From Candidatus Poribacteria bacterium (GTDB lineage: Bacteria; Poribacteria; WGA-4E; PCPOR2b), in the NCBI GenBank assembly GCA_965223985.1, contig OZ245030.1, forward strand, positions 1,924,029 through 1,988,028: a stretch of DNA of 64,000 nucleotides. The letters run 5' to 3'. Positions 20,090 through 31,220 of the stretch are shown one piece after another. The notes below the pieces were generated by a model. It did not search any database. It was not told where the DNA came from and worked only from the letters and a program-made list of their open reading frames with translations. Every line of letters begins with the position of its first letter. The stretch's first letter is position 1. A program made the translations under genes and the position numbers.

Positions 20090-21856
20090 TCAGACCTTGA
20101 AAATTTCTCCCAGACGATTCCCGAGAAAACGTCCTGCGACGACGAGACATGTCGCCAATAAAAACATCCCAACAACGCCCATTGCACTAGCAACATATGC
20201 CCCCCCAACAGGGCGTTGCGAGAGCTTCCAGATAGCTTTGGTAATCGGGTAGAATTGATCTCGCATTGCAAGAATTAAGCTGTCAGCTACTTCCAACATT
20301 GAGAATGAGAACACCAAAATAGAACCAGCGATGATATTCGCTATCACCAGAGGAAGTGTAATCTTGTAGAGTGTATATGCAGGACTAGCGCCCAAATTCT
20401 GTGAAGCTTCTTCGTAAGTGACACTGGTCTGTTGAAGTCCAGCATAAATCGAGCGAAGCATATACGGTAATCGCCTCACTGCGTAGCTAATGATTAACAA
20501 CGCAACTGGGTTCTGACGAGGGTCTAGAATTGATACGATTTGATTCGGGAGATGACGGAGAAGCAGCGTCGTATCCGCGAAGCTCCCGACATAGCCGAAG
20601 GCAAGCGCCACACCGGGAAGCGCTAAGGGCAACATCGCGATAGCATCGATCGAATTTTTGAAAGGGATGCGTTTACGGGTGAGCAGATATGATATCAAAA
20701 TTCCAAAGATGAGCGCAAGCAAGGTACTGAATGTACTGTAAAGCAAGCTATTTTTAATGCTGGGAAGGGTATCATCGTGAGTGAACACGGTTTCATAATG
20801 TTCTAGTGTGTAGCTTTGCGGGAAAATTCTGAGGTGCCATTGACTTGCATCGGGAGTTAGAGACGACAACACCACGCTGATGTGCGGCAGCAGCGCCATG
20901 AGAATAATTCCCCCGACCAAAAAATAAATCACACCACACATCAACTTGCTTGCTTGGATTTCACGAGTGCTGACATGACCGCGTCCCAGCATCGCATACT
21001 GTTTGTTTGCTGTAAAGCGCTTGGTAAGATAGAACGAGATTGCTGTGAGTAGGATAACTAAAACAACAAGTGCGTATCCCATCGGGTTAACATTTGCGTC
21101 GGTGACCTGCCGGAAAATTCGTACGGCGATAACATCATTATAATTGAAGATTAACGGCGTTCCCAAATCGGTGAATGCCCAGATGAAAACAAGAATAGCG
21201 CCAGCGAAATAGCCGGGCAGCATGAGTGGCAATGTAACCGTCCAAAGAAGTTTAAGACGCGAAGCACCCATGTTTTCGGCAGCTTCCTCCAGACTTCGAT
21301 CCACGTTGGATAGTGCGGCGACAACGTTTAAATACATGATTGGATAGAGATGCAGGGTTGCTAGTAGCACTACCCCCCATAAACCGCTGCCGAACCAGTC
21401 AATTGGTTCGGCAAAATCGATCAGTCCAATCTTCATGAGGAAGGTATTCACGCTGCCATACGACCCGAAGAACTTCTGCATACCAATTGCACCGACAAAG
21501 GGCGGCATTATTATCGGAATCAGGATGACACCTTGCAGGGTGCTGCGCCCGGGGAAGCGATAACGAGTCAAGAAATAGGCAAGGGGCAAACTGATGAATG
21601 TTGAGACCAATGTTACAGCAACCCCAATCTTAATGCTGTTAATTACCAGTTCACGTGTGTTTCCATCCGTAACCATCAGCTTAAAATACGCAAGGCTCAG
21701 ACGGTTATTAATCCACAAAGATTCTTTGAAAATGTAGAGAAGGGGATATATCAGGAATACAGCAAAAAATAGGATAATTGGCAGAAGCAGGAGGAAAACG
21801 GAGGGTGTCAGATCGTATCTGGAGGGCATGGATTTTATTTGGGCGGCTAATGCCAA
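20090..21856 (-). CDS. Fused two-domain ABC transporter permease (iron(III)/thiamine ThiP-FbpB type)
   Basis: 588 aa, ~12 TM helices, duplicated binding-protein-dependent permease domain. Confidence 0.7.
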   Translation of the reverse strand: MALAAQIKSMPSRYDLTPSVFLLLLPIILFFAVFLIYPLLYIFKESLWINNRLSLAYFKLMVTDGNTRELVINSIKIGVAVTLVSTFISLPLAYFLTRYRFPGRSTLQGVILIPIIMPPFVGAIGMQKFFGSYGSVNTFLMKIGLIDFAEPIDWFGSGLWGVVLLATLHLYPIMYLNVVAALSNVDRSLEEAAENMGASRLKLLWTVTLPLMLPGYFAGAILVFIWAFTDLGTPLIFNYNDVIAVRIFRQVTDANVNPMGYALVVLVILLTAISFYLTKRFTANKQYAMLGRGHVSTREIQASKLMCGVIYFLVGGIILMALLPHISVVLSSLTPDASQWHLRIFPQSYTLEHYETVFTHDDTLPSIKNSLLYSTFSTLLALIFGILISYLLTRKRIPFKNSIDAIAMLPLALPGVALAFGYVGSFADTTLLLRHLPNQIVSILDPRQNPVALLIISYAVRRLPYMLRSIYAGLQQTSVTYEEASQNLGASPAYTLYKITLPLVIANIIAGSILVFSFSMLEVADSLILAMRDQFYPITKAIWKLSQRPVGGAYVASAMGVVGMFLLATCLVVAGRFLGNRLGEIFKV

Positions 21857-21975
21857 TTCTGTAGTAGCATATACTACTTGAGAAAATTAGGCCACCCAGA
21901 AGACATAAACCTCACAGCGTCGCATGACATGGATGCGGTGTTGGGGGAACGCTTTGGAAATATAGTGACCATTCG

Positions 21976-23694
21976 CTATCTGGGCACAACAGCGAGTTCC
22001 CGATTCAGGTTATACATTAACGCTCGACGGTCAAAATCGTCTACGAAGTCGTACAATCCGTAACGAAACGACCCGTCATTTTGAATCGTCTTGTCTTCAA
22101 GAGGGTCATATGCGAGGCTCTTGATAAACTCATTTTTTTCGCCAATCCTTTGGGCAACCAGATTACGCCGTTTAGTGAAATGCACAGCTTTCTCTAGCTG
22201 AGTTGGAATCGGTGCAGAGATATTCAGTTTATCCGCATTTTTCCTAATGCGATATGTCTGCTGATTTTCGTGATCGACTATCAACCACTTGCTGCCTTTG
22301 TCTTCAATCGAGATACTGACATTCTTGGGTAGGGGGATGCCATTGTTTTCAAACGTTTGTCGTAGATTTTCTGAAATCTTCCGTTCATCCAAGTCAGTTT
22401 GGAACTCCAACCCAATGTTGGCGAGTGACTCTTGACGCATTTGGAGAAATCTCTTCATTAAGTACCAACGCTTAGGCCCGCCGTTATAGAAAGTGTAGTC
22501 TGTCCAATGGGACGGATTAAGATCTCGATCAAGGTTTAGTTCACTTCTGAGGAATGCGGCATTATTGTCGTAAAAATTCATACATTCATCATATAAGTGA
22601 TAGGTCTCATCCCGTTTGAGGTGATAAGCCGCTAGAAAAACGCTAATGTGAGGGGCTTTAAGCAGGTTGATGTAATATCTCCCTGTAGGGTCTTTCTCAT
22701 GGTTATAAGTGCCTTTTAGTTCCGCTTCCAGTCGAGGTAAATAGGTTTTCCATGTTAGCGGTTCACCCGTCTCTAGATCTCTACCAAGACTAAGGAATTC
22801 AAGAAAGGGACTATATACTGGGGAGTCTGGACTCATGACATCCCGGATTAACCCTGGTAGAACCGCCAAATTATTTTGTGCAATCCCAATATCATCGTTA
22901 TTCACTTGGTTGTTATTGCGCCCCACTGCGATTTCATCGAAGTTTGATTCAATCTCAAAAATCTTCAAAAGCCGCAGCGGATCCACGCCAGCTACTTGCC
23001 CAGCGACAAGTGCAAATGGGAAATAGCGCCTGCCTTCAAACAGAACGTGCCTCAACGTCATCGGGGAATAACCGGGAACCTTGAGACCCTTCTGATAGAT
23101 TAGTTCATCTGTGGTAATTCCGTAGACCCTACGCTCTGTCTCCAGATCGAATTGATTATAAATCCCATAAGCTTGTTCAATCGCTACCACGATTCGCTTC
23201 TCAAAGGTTAGTTGATATGTCGTACGCAGTGTTTCGTCGTAAACGACAACAGATTGCCTATGCCAATCGATTTGAGCATATCCTGATACCGCGAGTTCAA
23301 TTAACTTCTGTTGGAGGTCCATACCGGGTTGCGTAAATTGATTTAGGACATCATCAATTGCCGCGTCCTGTATTGTCTTTTGATTGGTTAGCGTCACAGC
23401 GAGCGTCTGATTATTTTTTAGATAATGCCAAACTGTATCATGGTCCTTAACGATACGATACCCAAGGAAAACGCCCAGTGCTGAAATACCTAGAGCAGTT
23501 AATATAGAAGCAAGTAGCAGAGTTGTCCGAAAAATCTTTTTCGCTATTGCCAAAAAGGAAGTTTTCGGTACAAATGGTGGAATCAATTGATTCAGGCAAT
23601 CACTCATTTTTTTCTCATCCAAAATGAGTGGTTCGATTGGAGAAGGAACCGACTTACGCCGATCACGATTCAATTTTCGCAGTGATGTTCCCAT
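21976..23694 (-). CDS. Membrane-anchored protein with lytic-transglycosylase (SLT/GH23)-like motifs
   Basis: 572 aa; single N-terminal TM; motifs EIESNF…GIAQNN…FYNGGP resemble SLT catalytic E-S / GLMQ / AYNAG motifs. Confidence 0.45.
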   Translation of the reverse strand: MGTSLRKLNRDRRKSVPSPIEPLILDEKKMSDCLNQLIPPFVPKTSFLAIAKKIFRTTLLLASILTALGISALGVFLGYRIVKDHDTVWHYLKNNQTLAVTLTNQKTIQDAAIDDVLNQFTQPGMDLQQKLIELAVSGYAQIDWHRQSVVVYDETLRTTYQLTFEKRIVVAIEQAYGIYNQFDLETERRVYGITTDELIYQKGLKVPGYSPMTLRHVLFEGRRYFPFALVAGQVAGVDPLRLLKIFEIESNFDEIAVGRNNNQVNNDDIGIAQNNLAVLPGLIRDVMSPDSPVYSPFLEFLSLGRDLETGEPLTWKTYLPRLEAELKGTYNHEKDPTGRYYINLLKAPHISVFLAAYHLKRDETYHLYDECMNFYDNNAAFLRSELNLDRDLNPSHWTDYTFYNGGPKRWYLMKRFLQMRQESLANIGLEFQTDLDERKISENLRQTFENNGIPLPKNVSISIEDKGSKWLIVDHENQQTYRIRKNADKLNISAPIPTQLEKAVHFTKRRNLVAQRIGEKNEFIKSLAYDPLEDKTIQNDGSFRYGLYDFVDDFDRRALMYNLNRELAVVPR

Positions 23695-24011
23695 ATTTCT
23701 CTAAACTGAGCGGTGATCGGTCTTGCGTTTGACGATTAACAGTTTTAATTTGTTGATTCACGTTGATTAAAGGGAGAATAATAATTTATTTGGATGAAGT
23801 GGAAGATGAAAAATACTCGAAATCCCGCCAATCTTATGATTGGGGTTTTTCGCTACCTACTCCGCCTCGAAATTGTCGTCACACATTACTCATGAAGAAA
23901 TATTCCAACTGTTCAAAAGGAGTTTCCAGCTGTGCCGGCATCAGCTCGTTTACGAGAGAGCGAAGTTGCTTTTCGCCACCGGGAACAGTATGTAGCTGCA
24001 AGTTTTGCATA

Positions 24012-26030
24012 TTAAGGTACTGCTGAAGTTGTTGGATAAGAAATGTTTGGAGCCCGTTCCCTCCCTGATTCGTGCAACTGGGATGGAAGCAGTGCCGGAA
24101 CGCAAATGCCGCTAATAAAGGTCTCAATTAGTTGGATATACTCATCGAGCTGTTGTGCAATCTGATTGAATTTCTGAGTGGCGTTTTCGCGTACCTGCTT
24201 GTTGAAATCCGCGACATCACGCCGAACAAGTTGAACGTAATCTTCGTTCCACTCGTTGTCAATATATTGTCCATTGTTGGTGCAAATTCCTTTTAAATCC
24301 CCGGCAATTTTCATGAGGCGATTTGATGTAGTGTTCTTTATAGTCTTATCAATTTCAGCCGTCAGTCGGGCAAGTGTTCCAATGAATTCAAGTTCAAAAG
24401 CCCTGATATCGCCCGTTGGTTCATTTTTCATCAATTCCACAAGCTGATTGGAAATCTCATGTAACCCACGGGACTGCTTCAGATGCAGTAACACAAGTAT
24501 GTAGCTTGATTTTGCCAACCTCAATGCAACATCGTAGCAAGAATAGGAAGTCTGGCTTTGAATGTCGTGGACTTCTTTTTGAATTTCGAGCAAGTGTTCA
24601 TAATAACTCGCTTGCTCGCCTTGGATAGCGGAGTAAGTACCCGTGTTCGGGACTTCAAACGCTCTCTTTGTAAGAATTTCACGTTTATCATTGATTTCAC
24701 GATGCCGCTGCATTTCATCCGCATCTTCTAAGGCTTTGGCTAGCGATTCGATAGTTGGCTGAAGTCGATCGATTTGGATGCGAATCGGCGGATAGGCATC
24801 ATAACTTGCATCCGTTGTGATGTTACGAATTTTCCCTAGCACCTCGCCGAGTCTTTCTTCATACGCCTGATCTTCGAGCGGGGAGTATACTTCTTCTTCC
24901 TCCGCTTCCACGCCTATGTCCTCCTCAGCGAGGAATCTGTGCATAAATCGATAAAAATGCTCAAGTTGATTATCTTGAAGGAAACTCGCTTCTACGTAGA
25001 AGTAGAGTTTATCTTTGATAATTGTGCAGCTATCAATCACTGTGGCGCGGTCGAGGCTCAAAGCTGCCAAGCTAAGGTAAAAAAGATCTTCCTCGAGTTC
25101 GGCAAAATGCTTTTCAAAAGCTAGGGCAATTTTTTCGTAGGCTTCATCGGAAATTGATTGATGGCGGGCTTGTTTCGCGATGGTCATGTCATCCGAACGA
25201 TGAAAATCACTAGCTTGTTGACGAGTCTTCGTAATAATCAAAGGCGGATTGTCATCTGCTGAATGACTGGAAGGTTTTCGCATTGACGATTGCTGATTGT
25301 AAAGGTTAAGAGCGGCTTGATAGTGCCGTAGCAGTTCGCCATTACCTAGTTCAATCAACAGCGACTCAATTGTGTTTTTCGGATCGATGGAAATTCCTTC
25401 CTGTGCGAGCAATCTGTTAGATAAAGCGGCGAATCCTTCTCCACCTAAATTCCCAAAAGGACGCAGCAGAAATGCGCGTCCATCCTCAATGTAAATTTTC
25501 TGATTACCAAGTGGAAAGCGGTTCTTGACGTGCCCTCTGTCGTTATCAAACCAGATTTCCATTGGGTAAGTTTTGTTGTAGACCTGAAAATTGATAGCTC
25601 CTTCCAGTAACCGATCGAACAAATCTCGACGGATTTGCTCAAGGTCATTAACATCAATAAGGATTATCGAAGCGTTATCGTTCGTATGCAGCTTTGCTTC
25701 AATGATTTTGTCATTTGGGACCAAATAACGCCGTTCGAAAAAATGAATGCCCGTAACGTTATCGTTCGTGATGGCAAGCCTTGGAATATCATACTCATCG
25801 TAATAATAATATGATTTCCAACTGAGCGCACGCCGTCTCATCTTTTCAAATAACTGGAAGGACAGACGTTGTTTGGCTTTCCTTTCACGTTTTGGCACTG
25901 ATTCTGCCTCATACGGAATAAGCGTCCCCTTTGTATCAGGAACCTGTAAACTGAGTTGTGGTAGCGTAGAAGCTTTTTTCTTACCTGGAAGGCGGGTGAG
26001 CGCTTTATCAATAATATTCTTTCCAATCAA
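24012..26030 (-). CDS. Large hypothetical protein (672 aa), no recognisable domain
   Basis: Long uninterrupted ORF; first gene of a same-strand block with the 572-aa protein and the ABC permease. Confidence 0.4.
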   Translation of the reverse strand: MIGKNIIDKALTRLPGKKKASTLPQLSLQVPDTKGTLIPYEAESVPKRERKAKQRLSFQLFEKMRRRALSWKSYYYYDEYDIPRLAITNDNVTGIHFFERRYLVPNDKIIEAKLHTNDNASIILIDVNDLEQIRRDLFDRLLEGAINFQVYNKTYPMEIWFDNDRGHVKNRFPLGNQKIYIEDGRAFLLRPFGNLGGEGFAALSNRLLAQEGISIDPKNTIESLLIELGNGELLRHYQAALNLYNQQSSMRKPSSHSADDNPPLIITKTRQQASDFHRSDDMTIAKQARHQSISDEAYEKIALAFEKHFAELEEDLFYLSLAALSLDRATVIDSCTIIKDKLYFYVEASFLQDNQLEHFYRFMHRFLAEEDIGVEAEEEEVYSPLEDQAYEERLGEVLGKIRNITTDASYDAYPPIRIQIDRLQPTIESLAKALEDADEMQRHREINDKREILTKRAFEVPNTGTYSAIQGEQASYYEHLLEIQKEVHDIQSQTSYSCYDVALRLAKSSYILVLLHLKQSRGLHEISNQLVELMKNEPTGDIRAFELEFIGTLARLTAEIDKTIKNTTSNRLMKIAGDLKGICTNNGQYIDNEWNEDYVQLVRRDVADFNKQVRENATQKFNQIAQQLDEYIQLIETFISGICVPALLPSQLHESGRERAPNISYPTTSAVP

Positions 26031-26746
26031 TCATTTTCATCTCCTTAAGCGACATCATATGATCCTTGATGCTGATAATTTGGCATATGACTATGAATCT
26101 ATAGGGTGTTGGTGTGCTAGGTGGGCGACGCTGCTATCAGCGACCAATTGTTGCGTATGCTTGAACCTGAAAGCGATATTTTCACTAACACCTCTAGGAG
26201 CAAGCTTGAAAAGTCGGAGGCAAACCATTTTCTAGCCGTGCGTGGGTCAGAATCATCGAATTTTCAAGGGATTGACCCGAAGTTAACCCTTTCCAAGACG
26301 GATTTGGAATATTAAAACGGGTTCGAAGTAAAGCGAAGACGTGAACAACGTGACAAGAGGGTCAAAATTTGTTATGAGCAAGTGAATCGACTGAATATAG
26401 AGCTTGACCAACTGAAAAAACCGTACCGAGCATCCGTCTTATTCATTTAAGCGTTTGAACTCAAATTGTAGTTTCATTTTGTGAAAAAATATCGTATAAA
26501 TATTGTATAATTGAGTAGTATTAGGGTTGTTGTTAAACGGAATAAAACGTTAGCTAAAACCCGTTCTATGGCACATCACGATTTGTGTCGCAGGACACAT
26601 ATATTTCGACAGAGAGAAGGTTCATTAAGGCGTAAACGATTTCCGCGTCAATTTAAGAGAACTTGACGGCCGTATAGAAATATCTAAGACTCCGACGCAC
26701 GCCTAAAACTCCAAATATTGTAGCATAGCTCCACATGTAAAAGAAG

Positions 26747-27023
26747 AAAAATAAACCCTATAGTTGGTCGTTACCAACAATTAGTAATGAGTTACGACCC
26801 ATTTGTGGTAAAGTTGCCTTCAGAAGAAGATTTAAAGAAGGCGCTGTTGCTGTTAGATTTGTTGGTAGAAGACTTTCGACAAATCCCTCGGCTTTCTGAA
26901 CCAATTGGAACACTTTGTTTCGTCGCTTCTCGATTTTAAGACGTTTGAAAGGAAGATGACGGATCTTATAGAAGGTATTAGAGAAATTATTGAGAGAGCG
27001 TTCGATAATGTCCTCGCTCAATA
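26747..27023 (+). pseudogene. Degenerate 5' duplicate of the 27273-28127 gene
   Basis: ~90% nucleotide identity to 27245-27545, but ATG is followed directly by TAA and single-nt indels break the frame. Confidence 0.6.
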
Positions 27024-27272
27024 ATGTAGTTTCATTTTATGGCAATATATTGTATAATGAATAGGTTGAAGGCTGTAAAATTGAGTAAGCCGTAAGGAAA
27101 AACCGCTCTTGACTCACCACAATTCATGTCTTAGGACACATAATTTCGGCAAATGTGATGTTTTAGTAATGTGTTTTCAACAACCGTAAAATTCTAAGAA
27201 ACTACGCCGAATACGACAATGTAGAATTCCGGTGCATGTCCAAACGCACGAAATATTATAGCATAGCTCCAC

Positions 27273-28127
27273 ATGGAAGAAAATAAAAATAAACCCATAG
27301 TTGGTCGATACCAACAATTAGTAATGAGTTACGGCCCATCTTTGGTAAAGTTGCCTTCAGAAGAAGATTTAAAGAAGGCGCTGTTACTGTTAGATTTGTT
27401 GGTAGGAGACTTCGAAAAATCCCTCGGCTTTCTGAACCAATTGGAACACTTTGTTTCGTCGCCTCTCGATTTTAAGACCTTTGAAAGGAAGATGACGGAT
27501 CTCATAGAAGGTACCAGAGAAATTGCTGAAAGGGCACTCGATAATTACCACTACCTCTCGGGGAATCTCAAGGACATTTATACTATTTTTACTCAGACCG
27601 TTGAATCGGAAAATGCCATCGGTGAAACTCATGAAAGTATCAATGTTCGGTTCAAATTTTGGCTTCACTCATATCGGACTGAAAATGCGGGCGAGGGAAA
27701 GGGCTCAAAGGAAATACAGACCTTTTCTGAATTTATTCAGTTGCTGTCAAATGAACAATCGGGATATAGATATTTTATTTCTCCCCTTGGGGAAACGCAC
27801 TTTCTCATCTGCCAGTATGCCCCTCTTGAAAGTAGTCCAGAGAAGATTGAGCTCCATTTCTCCACGTATGTGGAACCGCCGGACACTTCCTTTCAAAGCT
27901 TGAAACGGGCATGGAATAAATTGTTCAGCGCCGCCAATAAAAGGGTTTACCATGTTTTCCGCGACTCACCCCCAAACTCTACAATTGGAACATTCAAGGA
28001 GCGATTGTCGGTTTCCATTCCGCCCTATACACCTCATCGCTACAATTACCCGGAACAGCTTACCAAGGTATCTATGACTTCATTAACGTTTACGGCGTTG
28101 ACGGGCGCCGACATATCCACCTGCTGA
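27273..28127 (+). CDS. Hypothetical protein (284 aa)
   Basis: Intact ORF downstream of a TATAAT-containing duplicated leader. Confidence 0.45.
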   Translation: MEENKNKPIVGRYQQLVMSYGPSLVKLPSEEDLKKALLLLDLLVGDFEKSLGFLNQLEHFVSSPLDFKTFERKMTDLIEGTREIAERALDNYHYLSGNLKDIYTIFTQTVESENAIGETHESINVRFKFWLHSYRTENAGEGKGSKEIQTFSEFIQLLSNEQSGYRYFISPLGETHFLICQYAPLESSPEKIELHFSTYVEPPDTSFQSLKRAWNKLFSAANKRVYHVFRDSPPNSTIGTFKERLSVSIPPYTPHRYNYPEQLTKVSMTSLTFTALTGADISTC

Positions 28128-28839
28128 GGCACAATGATAAATTTGCCGTATTCACGACCCATTGTCCAATACGGTTCGATGGACGTTTTGTGGTCCTGTC
28201 AGATGTTGATACTACTAACGCGTTACTTGGAGAAAACCACCGCGTGATTTTTGAATAAATCGGAGGCAGTGGATATTCATCACCAACGGAATTGTTGCTA
28301 GCGGCTAGTCATTACAGTATTTTAATGTTCGATAGAATACAAACAAAATCCCAAGAAATTGACGACATTGATAATTCTGCACATGCAGTGGCATTGCACG
28401 TCCTTTGGAAAGCAAATCCCCCGTATGTAACGGCACTAGAGACTTGTTACTTTCCAAAGACATCTTGCATCTTTGGGGGCGCGAGAACTAGAGACTTGAA
28501 GAGTTCAATGCCCTTGACATGGGCTGAAAATCCGATTAAAATAGCATCAACGCTTTATTGGTTCACCTTAGGGCAATGATTTCGACACAGGGCAAGCCAA
28601 ACCAAACTCCAAATGTACGAAACTTGGTGGCGTGATACTCACTAGCGTCGTCTGTTGAGAGCTGAATGTCTACATTATCGCACCGAATGAAATAACCGTT
28701 GTTGTGTTAATTTCAAGAAAATCCAAAATTCAGTTTTAAAGACGATTTCAAGATTCGTATTCATCTGCAAAACTATACAATGCTTGTTTAGAAACGCACA
28801 GCAGTAGGTTTCAACCTCGTAAGAAGGAGGTGACAAGCT

Positions 28840-29856
28840 ATGCAAACGCGGAAAATAAACTCAACGGTTGTGTTCGTTGGCGTGCTACTCTTGGGCAGCG
28901 CCGCTGTGCTTATGATTGCTCAAGCACAAGCCCCTATACGTTCAACTATTGCCGTTGCTACTTCTGGAGCGGAGGGATTCGGAATCTTTATCGTGGATCC
29001 CAAGAGACCGCAAGGCGGTACAGTGCAGCTCCTAGAGGTTGAAGGGGACCCAATTCCCGGCGGATTAGAGTGGTCTCCGGACGGCACTAAGATTGCTTTC
29101 CATACCCAAGTTGGACAGAATATAGATGTCTACGTTGTCGATGGTGACGGGGACGGTCTCAAACAGCTCACCGGCCATGAGGGGGAAGATAGCTGGCCCG
29201 CTTGGCACCCCAGCGGTCAAAAACTAGCCTTCACCAGCAATCGGGATGGCAACCTTGAGATTTACACCATGACATCGGGTGGGGTAGTTATCGGAAACTT
29301 AACAAACGATCCTGCTCCGGATCAGCATCCTGCTTGGTCTCCGAACGGTCGCAACATTGCTTTTGCCACCAAGCGCGGTCGTACTATCTCTGATGTCTGG
29401 CTTATGGATTCGGCGGGAGATAACCCACACAATCTAACCAACCACAAGGGAGAAGACGTTGAACCTTCGTGGTCGTGGGACAGCCAAAAGATTGCTTTTA
29501 CCACCCGTCGGTTTGGATCTGGGCGTGCTATGACAATGGACCCTGATGGTGGTAGCTTGCTGAAGATTTCGGGACCGGACGTTGAGCGAAGAGACCCCGA
29601 GTTTTCTCCAGATGGAAAAGAAATCGCCACTGTGTGGTTTGGGGGTGGTCAGACACGCTTGGATATATATTCAAGCAATGGCAAACATGCGGATGCAGAC
29701 CAACACGGGGCGCCAGTGTGGGATATCATCGATCTCGGATTCCCGAGCCGGGGTCCAGCCTGGTTTGACCCTGATTTTGTAGTACCGTTCTCTGTTTCCT
29801 CTACGGACAAACGCCCTTTGAGCTGGGGCTGGCTAAAGAGGGCAGGGCTTGAGTAA
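28840..29856 (+). CDS. TolB-like periplasmic beta-propeller protein (PD40 repeats), paralog 1
   Basis: Signal peptide ending AQAQAP; repeated …NRDGNLEIY… / …PAWSPNG…IAF… PD40 units; conserved C-terminal tail DKRPLSWGWLK. Confidence 0.75.
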   Translation: MQTRKINSTVVFVGVLLLGSAAVLMIAQAQAPIRSTIAVATSGAEGFGIFIVDPKRPQGGTVQLLEVEGDPIPGGLEWSPDGTKIAFHTQVGQNIDVYVVDGDGDGLKQLTGHEGEDSWPAWHPSGQKLAFTSNRDGNLEIYTMTSGGVVIGNLTNDPAPDQHPAWSPNGRNIAFATKRGRTISDVWLMDSAGDNPHNLTNHKGEDVEPSWSWDSQKIAFTTRRFGSGRAMTMDPDGGSLLKISGPDVERRDPEFSPDGKEIATVWFGGGQTRLDIYSSNGKHADADQHGAPVWDIIDLGFPSRGPAWFDPDFVVPFSVSSTDKRPLSWGWLKRAGLE

Positions 29857-30005
29857 TGATTCTTCCAATTCACTCAGTCGACTTTCTGAAAAATTCTGTT
29901 GGCCCATGTCAAAAGCAAGCGGATTGGGCATAAAAAGGTGCCAAGACACTTTGGGATAGGATGTCAACGTCGAACCGATGAAAATCATCATGGGGAGGAT
30001 GCATC

Positions 30006-31025
30006 ATGCAACTCCAGAAATCGCATTTAAGATTGGCAATATCTATGGGTATACTTTTCTTGAGCAGCATTGCCGTATTGATGATTGCTCAAGCACAAGC
30101 ACCTGACCGTTCAACAATTGCTATTGCCACGGGGATAGAGGGATTTGGAATTTATCTGCTCGACCCTGATAAACCAGCAGCTCATGCAGAGAAGCTCCTC
30201 GAAATTGAAGGGGATCCCATCCCCGGCGGGTTGGAGTGGTCTCAGGATGGCACTAGGATTGCTTTCCATACCCAAGTTGGACAGAATATAGATGTCTTCG
30301 TGGTCAGTGGTGATGGGAACGGTCTCAAACAGCTCACCGACCATGAAGCGGAAGATAGCTGGCCCGCTTGGCACCCCAGCAGTCAAAAGCTGGCCTTCAC
30401 CAGCAATCGGGATGGCAACCTTGAGATTTACACCATGACATCGGGTGGGGTAGTTATCGGAAACTTAACAAACGATCCTGCTCCGGATCGGCATCCCGCT
30501 TGGTCTCCGAACGGTCGCAACATTGCTTTTGCTACCAAGCGTGGGCGGACGCTGTCAGATATCTGGCTGATGGACTCCGCGGGAGGCAACCTTAAAAATC
30601 TAACCAACCACAAGGGTGAAGATCTTACCCCCTCGTGGTCATGGGACGGTCAAACGATTGCCTTTACCACCCGTCGGTTTGGAGCTGGTCGTACAATGCG
30701 GATGGACGCCGATGGTGGTAATCTGCTGACGATTTCTGCGCGTCAAGTTCCGCGGTTAGACCCCGAATTTTCTCCGGATGGGAAAGAAATCGCCAACGTG
30801 TGGTTTGGAGGCGGTCAGACGCGTCTCCATATATGGCCAAGCGATGGGAAGCTTGCGGACGCTGACGAACACGCGGCACCGGTGTGGAAAGAAATAGATC
30901 TAGGATTCCCGAGTGCGGGACCGGCCTGGTTTGACCCTGATTTTGTGGTACCGTTCTCTGTTTCCTCTGCGGACAAACGCCCTTTGAGCTGGGGCTGGCT
31001 AAAGAGCGCCGGACTTGAGAACTAG
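30006..31025 (+). CDS. TolB-like periplasmic beta-propeller protein, paralog 2
   Basis: Very similar to paralog 1 (long identical stretches); same signal peptide and C-terminal tail. Confidence 0.75.
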   Translation: MQLQKSHLRLAISMGILFLSSIAVLMIAQAQAPDRSTIAIATGIEGFGIYLLDPDKPAAHAEKLLEIEGDPIPGGLEWSQDGTRIAFHTQVGQNIDVFVVSGDGNGLKQLTDHEAEDSWPAWHPSSQKLAFTSNRDGNLEIYTMTSGGVVIGNLTNDPAPDRHPAWSPNGRNIAFATKRGRTLSDIWLMDSAGGNLKNLTNHKGEDLTPSWSWDGQTIAFTTRRFGAGRTMRMDADGGNLLTISARQVPRLDPEFSPDGKEIANVWFGGGQTRLHIWPSDGKLADADEHAAPVWKEIDLGFPSAGPAWFDPDFVVPFSVSSADKRPLSWGWLKSAGLEN

Positions 31026-31220
31026 CAGGTGATAGATGCTGTTATTGTCCGCTGAGATAATTTGGCACGTAGATGCCATTTTACTGAGTGTGTTCACTTC
31101 TGTAGTGAATTCCTGCTTAACAATTGATGAAGAGACATAGAAACGCGGCGGTTGCCGTGAACTTTTAAATCATTCAATCCTGATTTGTGGTCAGGGTTTC
31201 GTGAAAGGAGACAAAAGACT

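Noticed and set aside
20090-21975. TPP riboswitch upstream of the ThiP-like permease
   Set aside because: The permease begins only ~120 nt after the preceding gene stop and appears operonic. No CUGAGA / ACCUGAUCUGGAUAAUGCC-like core was seen.
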